From the NCBI GenBank assembly GCA_040389905.1, contig JAZJZK010000007.1, forward strand, positions 127,482 to 191,481: a stretch of DNA of 64,000 bases, read 5' to 3'. Each line of letters starts with the position of its first letter. Position 1 is the first letter of the stretch. The DNA comes from Gemmatimonadota bacterium (GTDB lineage Bacteria; Gemmatimonadota; Gemmatimonadetes; Gemmatimonadales; Gemmatimonadaceae). This document shows positions 37,151 to 47,456 of this stretch, in pieces. Position numbers and translations under genes: made by a program. The notes beneath the pieces are model-generated. The model saw only the letters and a list, made by a program, of their open reading frames with translations. It was not told where the DNA came from and ran no database searches.

Positions 37151-37549
37151 ATGATCCTCATCGACGCCAACATCCTGATGTACGCGGCGGGCAAGCCCCA
37201 CCCGCACAAGCTGCCGAGCGTTCGCTACCTCGAGCGCGTTGCCTCGGGAGATGTCGATGCGGCGATCGATGCGGAGACGCTCCAGGAGATTCTGCATCGA
37301 TACCGTGCGATCGGCCGATGGAAAGACGGACGACAGGTGTACGATCTGGCCCGGCAGATCCTGCCGACGGTACTCCCCGTCACCGCAGAGATCCTCGATC
37401 GTGCGCGCCAGTTGCTGGATGGAGACGCACGACTCATGGCGCGCGATGCTCTCCATGCTGCGGTGGTGCTCGAGGAGCGATTGGAGGCGATCTGTAGCTA
37501 CGACCGTGATTTCGATCGCCTTGCCGGGATTACGCGAGTCGAGCCGTAA
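37151..37549 (+). CDS. vapC: VapC PIN-domain ribonuclease toxin
   Basis: ILIDANILMY, LQEI, RDALHAA, SYDRDFD. Confidence 0.92.
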   Translation: MILIDANILMYAAGKPHPHKLPSVRYLERVASGDVDAAIDAETLQEILHRYRAIGRWKDGRQVYDLARQILPTVLPVTAEILDRARQLLDGDARLMARDALHAAVVLEERLEAICSYDRDFDRLAGITRVEP

Positions 37550-37646
37550 CGCCCATTTCCTCGCATCTTTGTTCGGATGAATCCTGGTGACCGCGGCAAC
37601 GTACGGTTCTGCATCGGCGTGACGATCCTTTTCCGGGGTGCACCGA

Positions 37647-38867
37647 ATGTCGAAGGTGGTTTGCCGAACATTGATCCCGATCATTACGGCGCTGAGCGCT
37701 CAGGTTACCCACGGACAAGACGGGAAGGCAGGCGTCATTCGTCGCCTCGATGGCTCGACCATCTCGATTGCCGCCGCCGATTCCTTTGCGAGGAAAACGT
37801 TGCAGGACGCGCACGTAACCGGTGCGCAAATCGCAATTGTCGATCAGGGGAAGCTGGTGTGGAGTGCGGCATACGGGCTGCGTCGTAAGCTACCGGAGCT
37901 CCCCATGGAGCGCGAGACCACGACGTGGGCGGCGTCCATTACAAAGAGCGTCTTCGCGACGTACGTCATGCAACTGGTCGAGCGTGGTGAGTTCAATCTC
38001 GACGAGCCCGTCGCGAAGCAATTGCCACGGTCACTCGAGCGTTACGAGCCGTACAAGGAGACGGCGACCGAGGTGGTGAACGACCCGGCGTGGGCAACGG
38101 TCACGCCTCGCATGTTGCTCGCCCATACATCTGGTCTCGCGAACTTCGCCTTTATCGAGCCGGACAAGAAGATGCACTTGCAATTCACGCCCGGCACACA
38201 GTACCGCTACTCAGGCGAAGGCATCAACCTCGTGCAGTTCGTGATCGAGCAGAGGCTGGGGAAGGGGCTCGATTCACTCATGCAGGCGGCGATCTTCACG
38301 CCGCTTGGCATGGCGCGCACCGGCATGATCTACCGGGCGGAGTTTGCAGCGAATGTTGCCGACCGGTTCAACGCGGACGAAGCGTTCACCAATCAGACCA
38401 AGCGCTTTCCAGCGCGCGGTGCCGGTTCGATGACGACGAGCGCCGAAGACCTCGCGCGATTCGCATCGGCGCTCTTCGCCGGGCGAATCATCAGGGCGGC
38501 GACCATGCGTGAGATGCTGCGTCCATTCATCACGATCACATCGCTTCACCAGTTCGCGCTTGCAGCGAACGAGCCGAGTGGGGTAGAGGCGAAGGACACG
38601 GGGCTTGGGTACGGCGTCGGTTGGGGATTGCTGACCACCACACCGTTCGGCCCTGCGTTCTTCAAGGAAGGGCATGGCGACGGCGCGCAGAACTACATGA
38701 TCTGCTTCGAGCGTCGCCAGGCGTGCATGATCTTGCTGACGAACAGCGACAACGGCGAGCTCGCGTTTCGCCCGCTGCTCGAGACGATCTTCGGCAACAC
38801 GGTCACGCCGTGGGAGTGGGAAGGGTATACGCCGTCGTACATTCAGCAGAGCCGGAAGAGTCCCTGA
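37647..38867 (+). CDS. Serine hydrolase, class C beta-lactamase family
   Basis: ASITK (SxxK), LLAHTSG, YRYSGEG, LLTNS. Confidence 0.88.
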   Translation: MSKVVCRTLIPIITALSAQVTHGQDGKAGVIRRLDGSTISIAAADSFARKTLQDAHVTGAQIAIVDQGKLVWSAAYGLRRKLPELPMERETTTWAASITKSVFATYVMQLVERGEFNLDEPVAKQLPRSLERYEPYKETATEVVNDPAWATVTPRMLLAHTSGLANFAFIEPDKKMHLQFTPGTQYRYSGEGINLVQFVIEQRLGKGLDSLMQAAIFTPLGMARTGMIYRAEFAANVADRFNADEAFTNQTKRFPARGAGSMTTSAEDLARFASALFAGRIIRAATMREMLRPFITITSLHQFALAANEPSGVEAKDTGLGYGVGWGLLTTTPFGPAFFKEGHGDGAQNYMICFERRQACMILLTNSDNGELAFRPLLETIFGNTVTPWEWEGYTPSYIQQSRKSP

Positions 38868-38893
38868 TTGTCAATCTCACCAACGGAGGGTCT

Positions 38894-39094
38894 GTGTCTG
38901 GTCAAGGATCCGCAGGTAACGTCATCGCCGCACTGTGCAGCTTCTTCATCCCTGGGCTTGGTCAGCTGATTCAGGGGCGCCTCCTCAAGGCGATCATCAT
39001 GTTCGTCCTGGCCGGCGTCATGTGGATTTTCCTGCTCGGATGGCTGATCCACCTCTGGTCGATCATCGACGCGGCACTCTATAAGGGCAACTGA
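38894..39094 (+). CDS. Small membrane protein
   Basis: GGAGG RBS; SFFIPGLGQL motif. Confidence 0.75.
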   Translation: MSGQGSAGNVIAALCSFFIPGLGQLIQGRLLKAIIMFVLAGVMWIFLLGWLIHLWSIIDAALYKGN

Positions 39095-39165
39095 TGCTCG
39101 CGCGCTTTTCGGCACGCTTGACCGCTCGCTCGCTTGCGCACGGCGCGAGGCGCTCGTGCGGGCTG

Positions 39166-40791
39166 TCAAGCGACGCGGGCTCGTAGAGCGGTGCCCGTCC
39201 CCACGCTAGCGCGCTGCCCTTCGCGGAGTGTCACGCCGCCATTCACGATCACCGCGGAGATGCCGGCCGGATATTGAAACGGATTCGCGAAGGTCGCGGT
39301 GTCGGCGATGCGCGCAGGATCGAAGACGACGACGTCCGCCGCAAATCCCCTCCCGATCGTTCCCCGATCCGCGAGCTTCACGCGCGCCGCGGAGAGCGAC
39401 GTCATTTTCCGGATCGCCTCCTGGAGGGGAATCACCTTGCGCTCGCGCACGTAGTGGCCCAGCACGCGCGGGAATGTTCCGGCACCGCGCGGATGCGGGC
39501 TGCCGCGGCGCGTGGGCCCGTCGACGGCGAAGCCTCCGCCGTCCGAGCACACGGTGGTCAGTGGGTGAGCGAGAATGCGTTCGAGTGTCTCCTCGCCCAT
39601 CGCAAAGCCGAGCATCCCGACGCTGCCGTTACTGCGTTTGAGCAACGCGATGGCATCCTCGTACGGATCGAGTCCCGCCGCCCGCGCGTGCGCGCCGAGT
39701 CGCTTGCCTTCCGCGTCGCGATCCTCGACCGCCCGAACCGAGGAAATCTGCACGTTGTCCCAGCCACCAATGAGGTCGACTTTCGCCAGCGCTTCCGCCT
39801 TGAGCCGCGGTGCGACGGTCGCGGAATCGAGTCGGGCCAGAAATGCCGAGGTGCCGCCGTCGCGACTCCAGACTGGGAAGAGATTGGTCAGGCCGGTCGA
39901 GTAGGCAACGTACGGATACCAGTCCCACGCGGCTTCCACGCCGGCCGCGCGTGCGTCGGCGATGCGTTTGAACACGACATCGAGCTTCGGCCAGTTTCGC
40001 GGACCCTGCGTCTTGAGGTGCGAGATCTGAAGCGGACACCCCGCGCCGCGCGCCACGGCAAGCGATTCGTCGATCGCCTCGAGCAGGCGGTCATCCTCGT
40101 TACGCATGTGCGTCGCATAGGGAAGATGTCGCGGCGCCAGCGGCTTGCAGAGCGCGATGAGCTCCGCGAGCGGCGCGAAGGCACCCGGCGTGTACTCGAG
40201 TCCAGACGACGCCCCGCACGCGCCATCGGCGAGTGCGTGCTCCACCATCTCCGTCATTCTCCGAATTTCATCGGGTGTCGCGATGCGATCCATTTCTCCG
40301 ACGACCTGACCACGCAGCGATCCCAGCCCGACCATCGACGCCACATTCGGCCCGGGGTGGAGCTGATCGAGTCCGGCGAAGTACGCCGCAAACGACTTGT
40401 CAGCGGATCCCGTTGCCCGCGAGCTTCCATCCGCGCCGACGACGATCGTCGTCACGCCTTGCCGGATGACCGACTCCGCGCGCGGATCCTCGTTCAGGTT
40501 GCCGTCGCCGTGGGAATGGATGTCGATGAATCCCGGCGCCACCGCAAGACCGCGTGCATCGATCTCCTCGGTGCCCTTTGCGGAAAGCCGCGGGCCAACG
40601 TCGACGATGCGTCCACCCGCGATGCCGACGTCGAGCTCTCGACCGGCCGCACCGCTTCCGTCGAAGACCGTGCCGTTGCGAACGATGAGATCGTGGTCAG
40701 CGCGACGCCGGACGTAGGGCGCGGCCGCCGCAGTGACGAGAGCAGTGCCGGTCACGGCAATGAACGAACGACGGTCGTAGGAAGAAGACAT
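39166..40791 (-). CDS. N-acyl-D-amino-acid deacylase (amidohydrolase)
   Basis: APGFIDIHSH, THMRNE, ISHLK, HPRGAGTFPRVL. Confidence 0.9.
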   Translation of the reverse strand: MSSSYDRRSFIAVTGTALVTAAAAPYVRRRADHDLIVRNGTVFDGSGAAGRELDVGIAGGRIVDVGPRLSAKGTEEIDARGLAVAPGFIDIHSHGDGNLNEDPRAESVIRQGVTTIVVGADGSSRATGSADKSFAAYFAGLDQLHPGPNVASMVGLGSLRGQVVGEMDRIATPDEIRRMTEMVEHALADGACGASSGLEYTPGAFAPLAELIALCKPLAPRHLPYATHMRNEDDRLLEAIDESLAVARGAGCPLQISHLKTQGPRNWPKLDVVFKRIADARAAGVEAAWDWYPYVAYSTGLTNLFPVWSRDGGTSAFLARLDSATVAPRLKAEALAKVDLIGGWDNVQISSVRAVEDRDAEGKRLGAHARAAGLDPYEDAIALLKRSNGSVGMLGFAMGEETLERILAHPLTTVCSDGGGFAVDGPTRRGSPHPRGAGTFPRVLGHYVRERKVIPLQEAIRKMTSLSAARVKLADRGTIGRGFAADVVVFDPARIADTATFANPFQYPAGISAVIVNGGVTLREGQRASVGTGTALRARVA

Positions 40792-40842
40792 GCGCGCGAA
40801 GCTACTGCCGAATTCACCCCGGGTCGAGTATGCATGCGGTGC

Positions 40843-41068
40843 ATGACGACCGTGGGAATCATCGGGGGAATCGGTCCGGAGTCGACGATCGACTACTATC
40901 GCCGCTGATTGAGTATCTGCTCGCCACGAGTCACGAATCGACGGGGTCATCCTCGGCGGAACGGAACTACCGCTGCTGTTGTCCGAGACGCACATCGACG
41001 GCATGCCCGTGATCGACGCCACGGCCGTTCATGTGGCGGCCATCCTCGAGCGACTGCGACCGACTTAG
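40843..41068 (+). pseudogene. Internally deleted aspartate/glutamate racemase remnant
   Basis: MTTVGIIGGIGPESTIDYYRR-stop, then in another frame DGVILGGTELPLLL...PVIDATAVHVAAILE. Confidence 0.8.
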
Positions 41069-41082
41069 ACTGCGGAGAGCCA

Positions 41083-41898
41083 TCAGGAGATGGTCTCAGC
41101 GGGAAGCACCTTCTCCACAACCTTCCCTCCGGCGACGCTCACGTAGTAGCACTTGGCGTCCTTTCTGGCAGATACGACGCGCTTGACGCTGTCATTCTCG
41201 AAATAGATACCGGCATCGTTGTCGCATGCGTACCCAGGTTTCATCTGCCCGGAGCCGATCAGCTTGTGATAGAGCGGACGGCGCAATGCCTCCTTGTCAT
41301 AGTGGGGACAGTGACTGCCCTTCAGAAAGCCGAGGCATTTGACGATGGAGAGCTCTTTCGGGCGCGAATCAGTGGTGCCTTCTTCGAACCAGCACAAGGA
41401 GCCTGCGCTCGCGCCGCCGAGGACGATGCCGCGGTTCCAGGCTTCACGGAGGACGATATCGATCCCCTGCGCCTTCCAGATCGCCTGCTGGTTGAGCGTG
41501 TTGCCACCGGACACGACGATCCCGTCCATCGACAGGAAGACCTCATCCCATCCCTTCGTCTGCTTGTCGCTCGCGATGAAGCTCTCCTGCACGTGCGCTT
41601 CGACGTTGAGCGAGGCGCAGACCTTGAACCACGCGATCGTGCCGGCCGGACTGTCGGCGGACGCCGTCGGCAGATAGCAGAGCCGAGGACGCGTCTTCCC
41701 GGTGAGCGTTGCCATGTAGCGAACGAAGGGCTCGACGAAGTTTCCGCCCGCGATCAGAATCTTGCGTGTTGCCGCACGCGGTGGGACGCTCGACGCGTCG
41801 GCAGCCATGAGCTCACGAGCGCCGGCGAACGGGAGTGACGCGGCCGCAACGCCCAGTGACGACATCGCTGAGGAAATGAGGAACGTGCGTCTCTGCAT
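41083..41898 (-). CDS. Peptidase S51 (peptidase E family), Tat signal
   Basis: LPTAS, VSGGNT, GASAG, CPHY. Confidence 0.88.
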   Translation of the reverse strand: MQRRTFLISSAMSSLGVAAASLPFAGARELMAADASSVPPRAATRKILIAGGNFVEPFVRYMATLTGKTRPRLCYLPTASADSPAGTIAWFKVCASLNVEAHVQESFIASDKQTKGWDEVFLSMDGIVVSGGNTLNQQAIWKAQGIDIVLREAWNRGIVLGGASAGSLCWFEEGTTDSRPKELSIVKCLGFLKGSHCPHYDKEALRRPLYHKLIGSGQMKPGYACDNDAGIYFENDSVKRVVSARKDAKCYYVSVAGGKVVEKVLPAETIS

Positions 41899-41915
41899 GG
41901 ATTCTCTCCGATGGC

Positions 41916-42380
41916 TCAACGTGGGCGCAGCGCGCGGGTCAGTGCGCGATCGAGAGCATTGGCGAACGCCTGCTTCTCCCGCACGCCGTATGGTGCATGT
42001 CCTCCAGTCTCGACGCCAGAGCTCCGCAGACCATCCATGAAGTCCCGCACCGAGAGCCGTTCACCGATCGTCTTCGGTGTGTATTCCTCGCCTCGCGGGT
42101 CGAGGACCACGACGCCCTTCGGAACGAGCAAGGCCGCCAGCGGAATGTCCGCCGTGATCGCCACATCGCCAGCGGCGGAGTGCGTAGCGATGTAGCGGTC
42201 GGCCACATCAGGCCCGCCGTCGACACGCACCGCCGTGAGGTGCGCATAGCCCACGGGAAGCTGAATCCGCTGATTGGCAACCAATATTGTCGAAAGCCGC
42301 AGACGCTCAGAGGCGCGAAAGCAGATCTCCTTCACGTCTCGCGGTGCGGCGTCCGCATCAATCCAAAGCGTGATCGGCAT
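41916..42380 (-). CDS. YaiI/YqxD (UPF0178) protein
   Basis: IDADAAP, ITADIPLA, PRGEEY. Confidence 0.9.
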   Translation of the reverse strand: MPITLWIDADAAPRDVKEICFRASERLRLSTILVANQRIQLPVGYAHLTAVRVDGGPDVADRYIATHSAAGDVAITADIPLAALLVPKGVVVLDPRGEEYTPKTIGERLSVRDFMDGLRSSGVETGGHAPYGVREKQAFANALDRALTRALRPR

Positions 42381-42461
42381 GCGTGGTGGTGGCGAGCGGG
42401 GCGACAGTCCGATCCGTAATGTACGTTAGGAGCAGTCCACTCAGCCGAGAGGAATGAACAC

Positions 42462-43781
42462 GTGAAAACAATATTCCAGATGCGTGCGCGACCGCGCTGG
42501 CACGCGGCAGCAGTGTGTCTTGCCCTGCTTGTGTCGCAACGCGGTGTCGCGATCGCTCAATCGCCGGACAGTGTCGTCCTGTCCGTCATGCTGGATCACG
42601 CCGACTGGCGCTACCACGTTGGAGACTCGGCGCGTTTTTCGGTGTCCGTGCTTCGCGGCGGGCGGCCGGTCCCGGGCGCGCGCGCGAGTGTCGAGATCGG
42701 CATGGAGCGAATGGCGCCGCTGCGACGCGATACGATGGATGCGCTGCAGCCGCGGCAGATCGCAGCGACGCTCGGTTTTCCCGGGTTTCTTCGCGCGACG
42801 GTGAGAACGATCGTCGACGGACGGACGTACACCGCGCTCGCCACCGCGGCGTTCGATCCGGAGCGGATCACGGCGACGATGACCGCGCCAAGCGACTTCG
42901 AGGCCTTCTGGCGTCGAGCGATCGAGGATGCGCGCCGCGTTCCGCTCGCTCCAATCATGACGCGACTGCCGGACCGGTCGACGCCGGAGGTCGACGTGTT
43001 TCACGTCTCGTTCCAGAATCAACGCGTGGGAAGCCGGATCTACGGCATGCTCTCCGTTCCGACGAAAGCGGGAAAGTATCCGGCGATGCTGGTGGTGCCC
43101 GGAGCGGGGGTGCGCCCGTATTTCCCGAGCGTGTCGACCGCGAAGCTCGGTGTCATTCACCTGACGATTGGTATTCACGGGATTCCCGTCGATCGCGATT
43201 CGCTGCTCTACAACGAGCTGCGTGCCACAGCGCTGCAGTCGTATTGGACCTATGGAATCGAAAGCCGTGACAGCTACTACTACAAACGCGTTTATGTGGG
43301 TGCCGTCCGTGCCGGTGATTTCATCTTCAGTCTGCCGCAGTTCGACGGATCGCACTACGTCGTGCAGGGTGAGAGCCAGGGCGGCGGTCTGTCGATCATG
43401 CTCGGCGCCATCGATCCGCGCGTGAAGGCCATCGCGGCGAGTTATCCCGCTATGTCCGATCAGTTCGGCTACTTCGCGGGCCATCCGGGTGGTTGGCCAC
43501 ACCTCTTCCAGGACACGACCGGTATCCGCGCCCTTTCGGAGAAGAAGGAGACGATCCGATACTACGACGTCATCAACTTTGCGCGCCTGTTGCGCGTGCC
43601 CGGCATCTACGCGTTCGGATTCAACGACAACACCGTCCCGCCTACGTCGTCGTACGCGACGTACAACACCATCACCGCTCCGAAGGAAGTGATCATTGTC
43701 CCGGAAACGGGTCATTTTCGAGTGCCGTCGCAGAGGAACCCCATGGATGCGTGGCTGTTGAAGCAGCTGGGACTCCCATAG
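42462..43781 (+). CDS. Acetylxylan esterase / cephalosporin-C deacetylase (CE7)
   Basis: PSDFEAFW, GESQGG, DNTVPP, GH. Confidence 0.85.
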   Translation: MKTIFQMRARPRWHAAAVCLALLVSQRGVAIAQSPDSVVLSVMLDHADWRYHVGDSARFSVSVLRGGRPVPGARASVEIGMERMAPLRRDTMDALQPRQIAATLGFPGFLRATVRTIVDGRTYTALATAAFDPERITATMTAPSDFEAFWRRAIEDARRVPLAPIMTRLPDRSTPEVDVFHVSFQNQRVGSRIYGMLSVPTKAGKYPAMLVVPGAGVRPYFPSVSTAKLGVIHLTIGIHGIPVDRDSLLYNELRATALQSYWTYGIESRDSYYYKRVYVGAVRAGDFIFSLPQFDGSHYVVQGESQGGGLSIMLGAIDPRVKAIAASYPAMSDQFGYFAGHPGGWPHLFQDTTGIRALSEKKETIRYYDVINFARLLRVPGIYAFGFNDNTVPPTSSYATYNTITAPKEVIIVPETGHFRVPSQRNPMDAWLLKQLGLP

Positions 43782-43811
43782 CTCGCGGGCGCGAATCATG
43801 GTGACTGGCAC

Positions 43812-44558
43812 GTGACGCGCGTCGCGGCGCTGTACGACATTCATGGCAACCTGCCGGCCCTCGAGGCGGTGCTGCAGGAGGTTCGGCGCGAATCCGTCGA
43901 TTGCATCGTCGTCGGCGGAGATGTGCTACCGGGTCCGATGCCAACTGAGTGCCTCGGTGTCTTGCTGGCGCTGGATATCCCCGTCCGGTTCATTCAGGGC
44001 AACGGCGAGCGCGAGGTTCTTGCGGAACGCGCTGGAATGGAGTCAGCAGCGATCCCCGAGGCATTTCGGGAGGCCATGCGCTGGTCGGCCGGCCAACTCG
44101 ACGAAACGCACGCGAACACCATCCAAGCGTGGCCCGCGACGCTTCAACTGAGCATCGCACCGCACGGTGACGTGCTGTTCTGTCACGCAACGCCGGCGAG
44201 TGATACCGACATCGTGACCGAGCGGACCTCCGATGAAAAGATCGGCGCCATGTTTGGCACGGTGGAATCGGCGCTCGTCGTCTGCGGTCATACGCACATG
44301 CAGTTCGACCGTCATGTCGGGGCGACGCGGATCGTCAATGCGGGAAGCGTCGGCATGCCGTTCGGCGCGCCCGGAGCCTACTGGTTGATGCTCGATTCGG
44401 CGCTGGCGCTCAGGTGTACAGCCTACGACCTCCGCTCGGCTGCGGCGCGCATCCGGGCGAGCCGCTATCCAGACGCCGATCAGTTCGCCGCCGGCAATGT
44501 TCTGAATCCGCCCTCGCGCGAGGCTATGCTGTCTGCATTCGGGGGCACGCAGGGATAA
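43812..44558 (+). CDS. Metallophosphoesterase
   Basis: DIHGN, GGD, GNGE, GHTH, NAGSVG. Confidence 0.9.
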   Translation: MTRVAALYDIHGNLPALEAVLQEVRRESVDCIVVGGDVLPGPMPTECLGVLLALDIPVRFIQGNGEREVLAERAGMESAAIPEAFREAMRWSAGQLDETHANTIQAWPATLQLSIAPHGDVLFCHATPASDTDIVTERTSDEKIGAMFGTVESALVVCGHTHMQFDRHVGATRIVNAGSVGMPFGAPGAYWLMLDSALALRCTAYDLRSAAARIRASRYPDADQFAAGNVLNPPSREAMLSAFGGTQG

Positions 44559-44680
44559 CGAACTGGACAGCCCGGGCCCACACGGCGCGGGGCGGGCTAT
44601 CGCGCTCGACCGCATTCCGTAAATTGTCGACGCACGACTCTCGAGTACCCGCAGTGTCCACCTCTCGCACGACGCCTGCA

Positions 44681-45001
44681 ATGGTGCTGATTCGCCAGCC
44701 GAACGCCGACGAGATAAAGGCATTCCGCCAGAAGTATCGGAGGAACAGAAGAATCGCATGGGGAGTCATCTTCGCCGCCATCGTCGCGATGATCACTTCC
44801 GTATTTGTACTGGCAGATGATGCGAATCTCGTGACGATCGGCATCGTCGGGAGCATGCTGGTCGCCGGCATCGCGTCGACGGTTTTCTGGAAGTGTCCGC
44901 GCTGCAAGACGCTGTTTGGAAGCCGCTGGCGAGTCGGGACGTGCCCTGGTTGCGGGGTTCAGCTGGACGATAGGGCACGGAACGCGCGCGACACCGACTA
45001 A
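44681..45001 (+). CDS. Small two-TM protein with zinc ribbon
   Basis: CPRC...CPGC after two hydrophobic helices. Confidence 0.65.
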   Translation: MVLIRQPNADEIKAFRQKYRRNRRIAWGVIFAAIVAMITSVFVLADDANLVTIGIVGSMLVAGIASTVFWKCPRCKTLFGSRWRVGTCPGCGVQLDDRARNARDTD

Positions 45002-45052
45002 CTTCCGGATTCGCGGCATCGTGCAGCATCATGCAGTACTGGGAGAAAACCA

Positions 45053-45280
45053 ATGGCAGAACGCATCGTCACCGACTCGGCCGGCCGAGCATGGGAGTGC
45101 GTCGCCACGCACGACGGGTTGGGTCGAAGTGTATCGTCGCAGGGGCGCGACATGACCCTCACGTGTTCAACGTCCTCCGTCGCGGTTCCGGTGAGCATCA
45201 CGGTGGGGTGGCAGTGGGAGTCAATGGCTGCGAACGGACTCGCCCGCCTCATTCTGCAAGCGTCTCCCGTTCCGCGCTGA
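45053..45280 (+). CDS. Small hypothetical protein
   Basis: GGAG RBS; DSAGRAW motif. Confidence 0.55.
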   Translation: MAERIVTDSAGRAWECVATHDGLGRSVSSQGRDMTLTCSTSSVAVPVSITVGWQWESMAANGLARLILQASPVPR

Positions 45281-45445
45281 CACCTGTTGCCTCCAGGCCG
45301 CCGAGGTCTCCAGGTTCTCGGCGGTTGATGCAGGCGGTGGGGTTAAGCATCACGTTTGTGATCCTGTTCCGCCGGCGCACTTGGCGTTCCGGCCGCCTCG
45401 TCACGGCTTCGTAACTTCCCGGCACGACCCCCCGTATGGGGAGGC

Positions 45446-47443
45446 ATGTCCACCCAGAAACCACACTTTCGGCCCGATATCGAAGGGCTGCGTGGTGCGG
45501 CGATTCTCCTCGTCGTGTTGTTTCACGCCGGGGTGCAGGGTGTATCCGGCGGTTTCGTCGGCGTGGACGTGTTTTTCGTGCTCTCGGGCTACTTCATCAC
45601 TGGGATCCTCGCCCGTGAGCTGGCCGAGAACGGTACCATCGATCTGACCGCGTTTTACGGCACGCGCTCGCTGCGCCTCCTGCCGGCGCTGCTTGTCGTC
45701 CTGCTCGCGACGCTGGCGGGGGCGATGTTCCTCTACGCGCCGATTGATCGAGCCACGATTGCAGAGAACGCGCAGGCGGTCGCGCTGTACTCCGGAAACA
45801 TCGAGTTCGCGCGCGGCGAGGTGAACTACTTCTCATCGGGCGAGAATCCTCTGCTGCACACCTGGTCCTTAGCGGTCGAGCAGCAGTTCTACTTCGTCTG
45901 GCCGCTCTTCCTGCTCGTGGTGGCGTTGATCTTTGGGCGAAAGTTCAGTGCGGCCCCCGACGACCTCGAGGGACGGCCATCGAAGCAACTCGTGCTCGGT
46001 GTCATTGTCGCGGGCATCGCGTCATTTGGTGCGTCACTGTGGCTCACGACACACTCGCAGCCTTGGGCATTTTTTGGAATGCCCACGCGCATCTGGGAGT
46101 TCGCCCTCGGTGGAGCCATTGCGCTCCGCATGCGCGCGTCGGAGCGTGAAAGCCGTTTGTCCTTCGTCCAGGTTGCGGGTGTGGCCGCGATCGCGTTCGC
46201 CGTTGTCGCGTACGATCGATCCACCCCCTATCCCGGGATTGCCGCCGTCGTGCCTGCGCTCGGGGCCGCGGCGTTGATCGCAGGTGGTCACTGGGCGCCG
46301 ACGAGCCTTGTGAGCAGACTGCTTTCCGCTCGCTGGCTCAGATGGCTCGGAACACTCTCGTACGCGTGGTATCTGTGGCATTGGCCGCTCGTGGGCCTGG
46401 GTGGCGTGCTATATCCGCAGATCGGGGTCTGGGGCAAGCAGGCGTGGTCTGGAGCGGGGCTCGCCCTCGCGTGGCTCACGTACCGCCTTGTCGAACAACC
46501 ATCGAGGTCCGGGCGCCTCTCGCGGATGTCACCCGTTGGCCTGTCGCTCAGTGCCGCCGCGGCGAGTCTCGTTGCCGCCTTCATTGCGCACGGGGCGATG
46601 CGCGCGGCCGAACGCCGAGTCGAGCAACCGGACCAGAAGCGGTTCGCGGCGGCGAGGAACGACCGGATGGAGCACGATTGCTGGGTAACGACGGTGGACG
46701 AACCTCGAGGCGCGTGCGAGTTCGGAGACACGCGCTCGTCGACGGCCGTTGTGCTTTTTGGCGATTCTCATGCGGAGCACTGGCTCGGTGCTCTCGACAG
46801 GATCGGGAAGGAGCGCGGCTGGAAGATCATCGCGCTCGTCAAGGGTGGGTGCCCGGTCGCGGACATGCCGGAAGCGGGCAACGCGAGGCGCGAGCGCTAC
46901 TACCGTGAATGCATTCGCCATCGCGAAGCGACGGTGCGGAAGATCATCGCCATGCGTCCCGCAGCGGCCATTCTTTCGAGCTGGGATCACTATCTCCCGA
47001 CCGACGGTAAGGCTTCGGATTGGCAGGTCACGCCGGAGGCGTGGTATCGCGGACTGCGACGGACGTATGAACGCGTTTCACACGCTGGCATCCCGACCAT
47101 TGCGATTCGCGGCACGCCACGCACCTGGTTCAACGTTCCGGGTTGTCTCTCACGACGCGCGGCGAAATTGCCGTTCGCGGCACCATGCGAATACGATCGA
47201 GCGCAGTCGCTCTCGATGGCGGCTTCCCGTGCCCAATCCGATGCAGCGCGAGGACTGAACATGCGCATCGTGAACATGAACGATCAGGTATGTGGCGCCG
47301 AACGATGCGGCGTCGAGAGAAATGGCGTGATCGTGTTCACCGACGACAATCATCTCACGGCGAGCTTCAGCCGGTCCGTTGCGCCAGTGCTATCGAGCCG
47401 GCTGGACGTCGCCATGGCCGAGCTTGGCCAGCATCTACCCTAA
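45446..47443 (+). CDS. OatA/OafA-type acyltransferase-3 plus SGNH O-acetyltransferase
   Basis: FRPDIEGLR, GVDVFFVLSG, HTWSLAVE, GDSHA, DDNHL. Confidence 0.92.
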   Translation: MSTQKPHFRPDIEGLRGAAILLVVLFHAGVQGVSGGFVGVDVFFVLSGYFITGILARELAENGTIDLTAFYGTRSLRLLPALLVVLLATLAGAMFLYAPIDRATIAENAQAVALYSGNIEFARGEVNYFSSGENPLLHTWSLAVEQQFYFVWPLFLLVVALIFGRKFSAAPDDLEGRPSKQLVLGVIVAGIASFGASLWLTTHSQPWAFFGMPTRIWEFALGGAIALRMRASERESRLSFVQVAGVAAIAFAVVAYDRSTPYPGIAAVVPALGAAALIAGGHWAPTSLVSRLLSARWLRWLGTLSYAWYLWHWPLVGLGGVLYPQIGVWGKQAWSGAGLALAWLTYRLVEQPSRSGRLSRMSPVGLSLSAAAASLVAAFIAHGAMRAAERRVEQPDQKRFAAARNDRMEHDCWVTTVDEPRGACEFGDTRSSTAVVLFGDSHAEHWLGALDRIGKERGWKIIALVKGGCPVADMPEAGNARRERYYRECIRHREATVRKIIAMRPAAAILSSWDHYLPTDGKASDWQVTPEAWYRGLRRTYERVSHAGIPTIAIRGTPRTWFNVPGCLSRRAAKLPFAAPCEYDRAQSLSMAASRAQSDAARGLNMRIVNMNDQVCGAERCGVERNGVIVFTDDNHLTASFSRSVAPVLSSRLDVAMAELGQHLP

Positions 47444-47456
47444 CGAAGTGAGCGCG

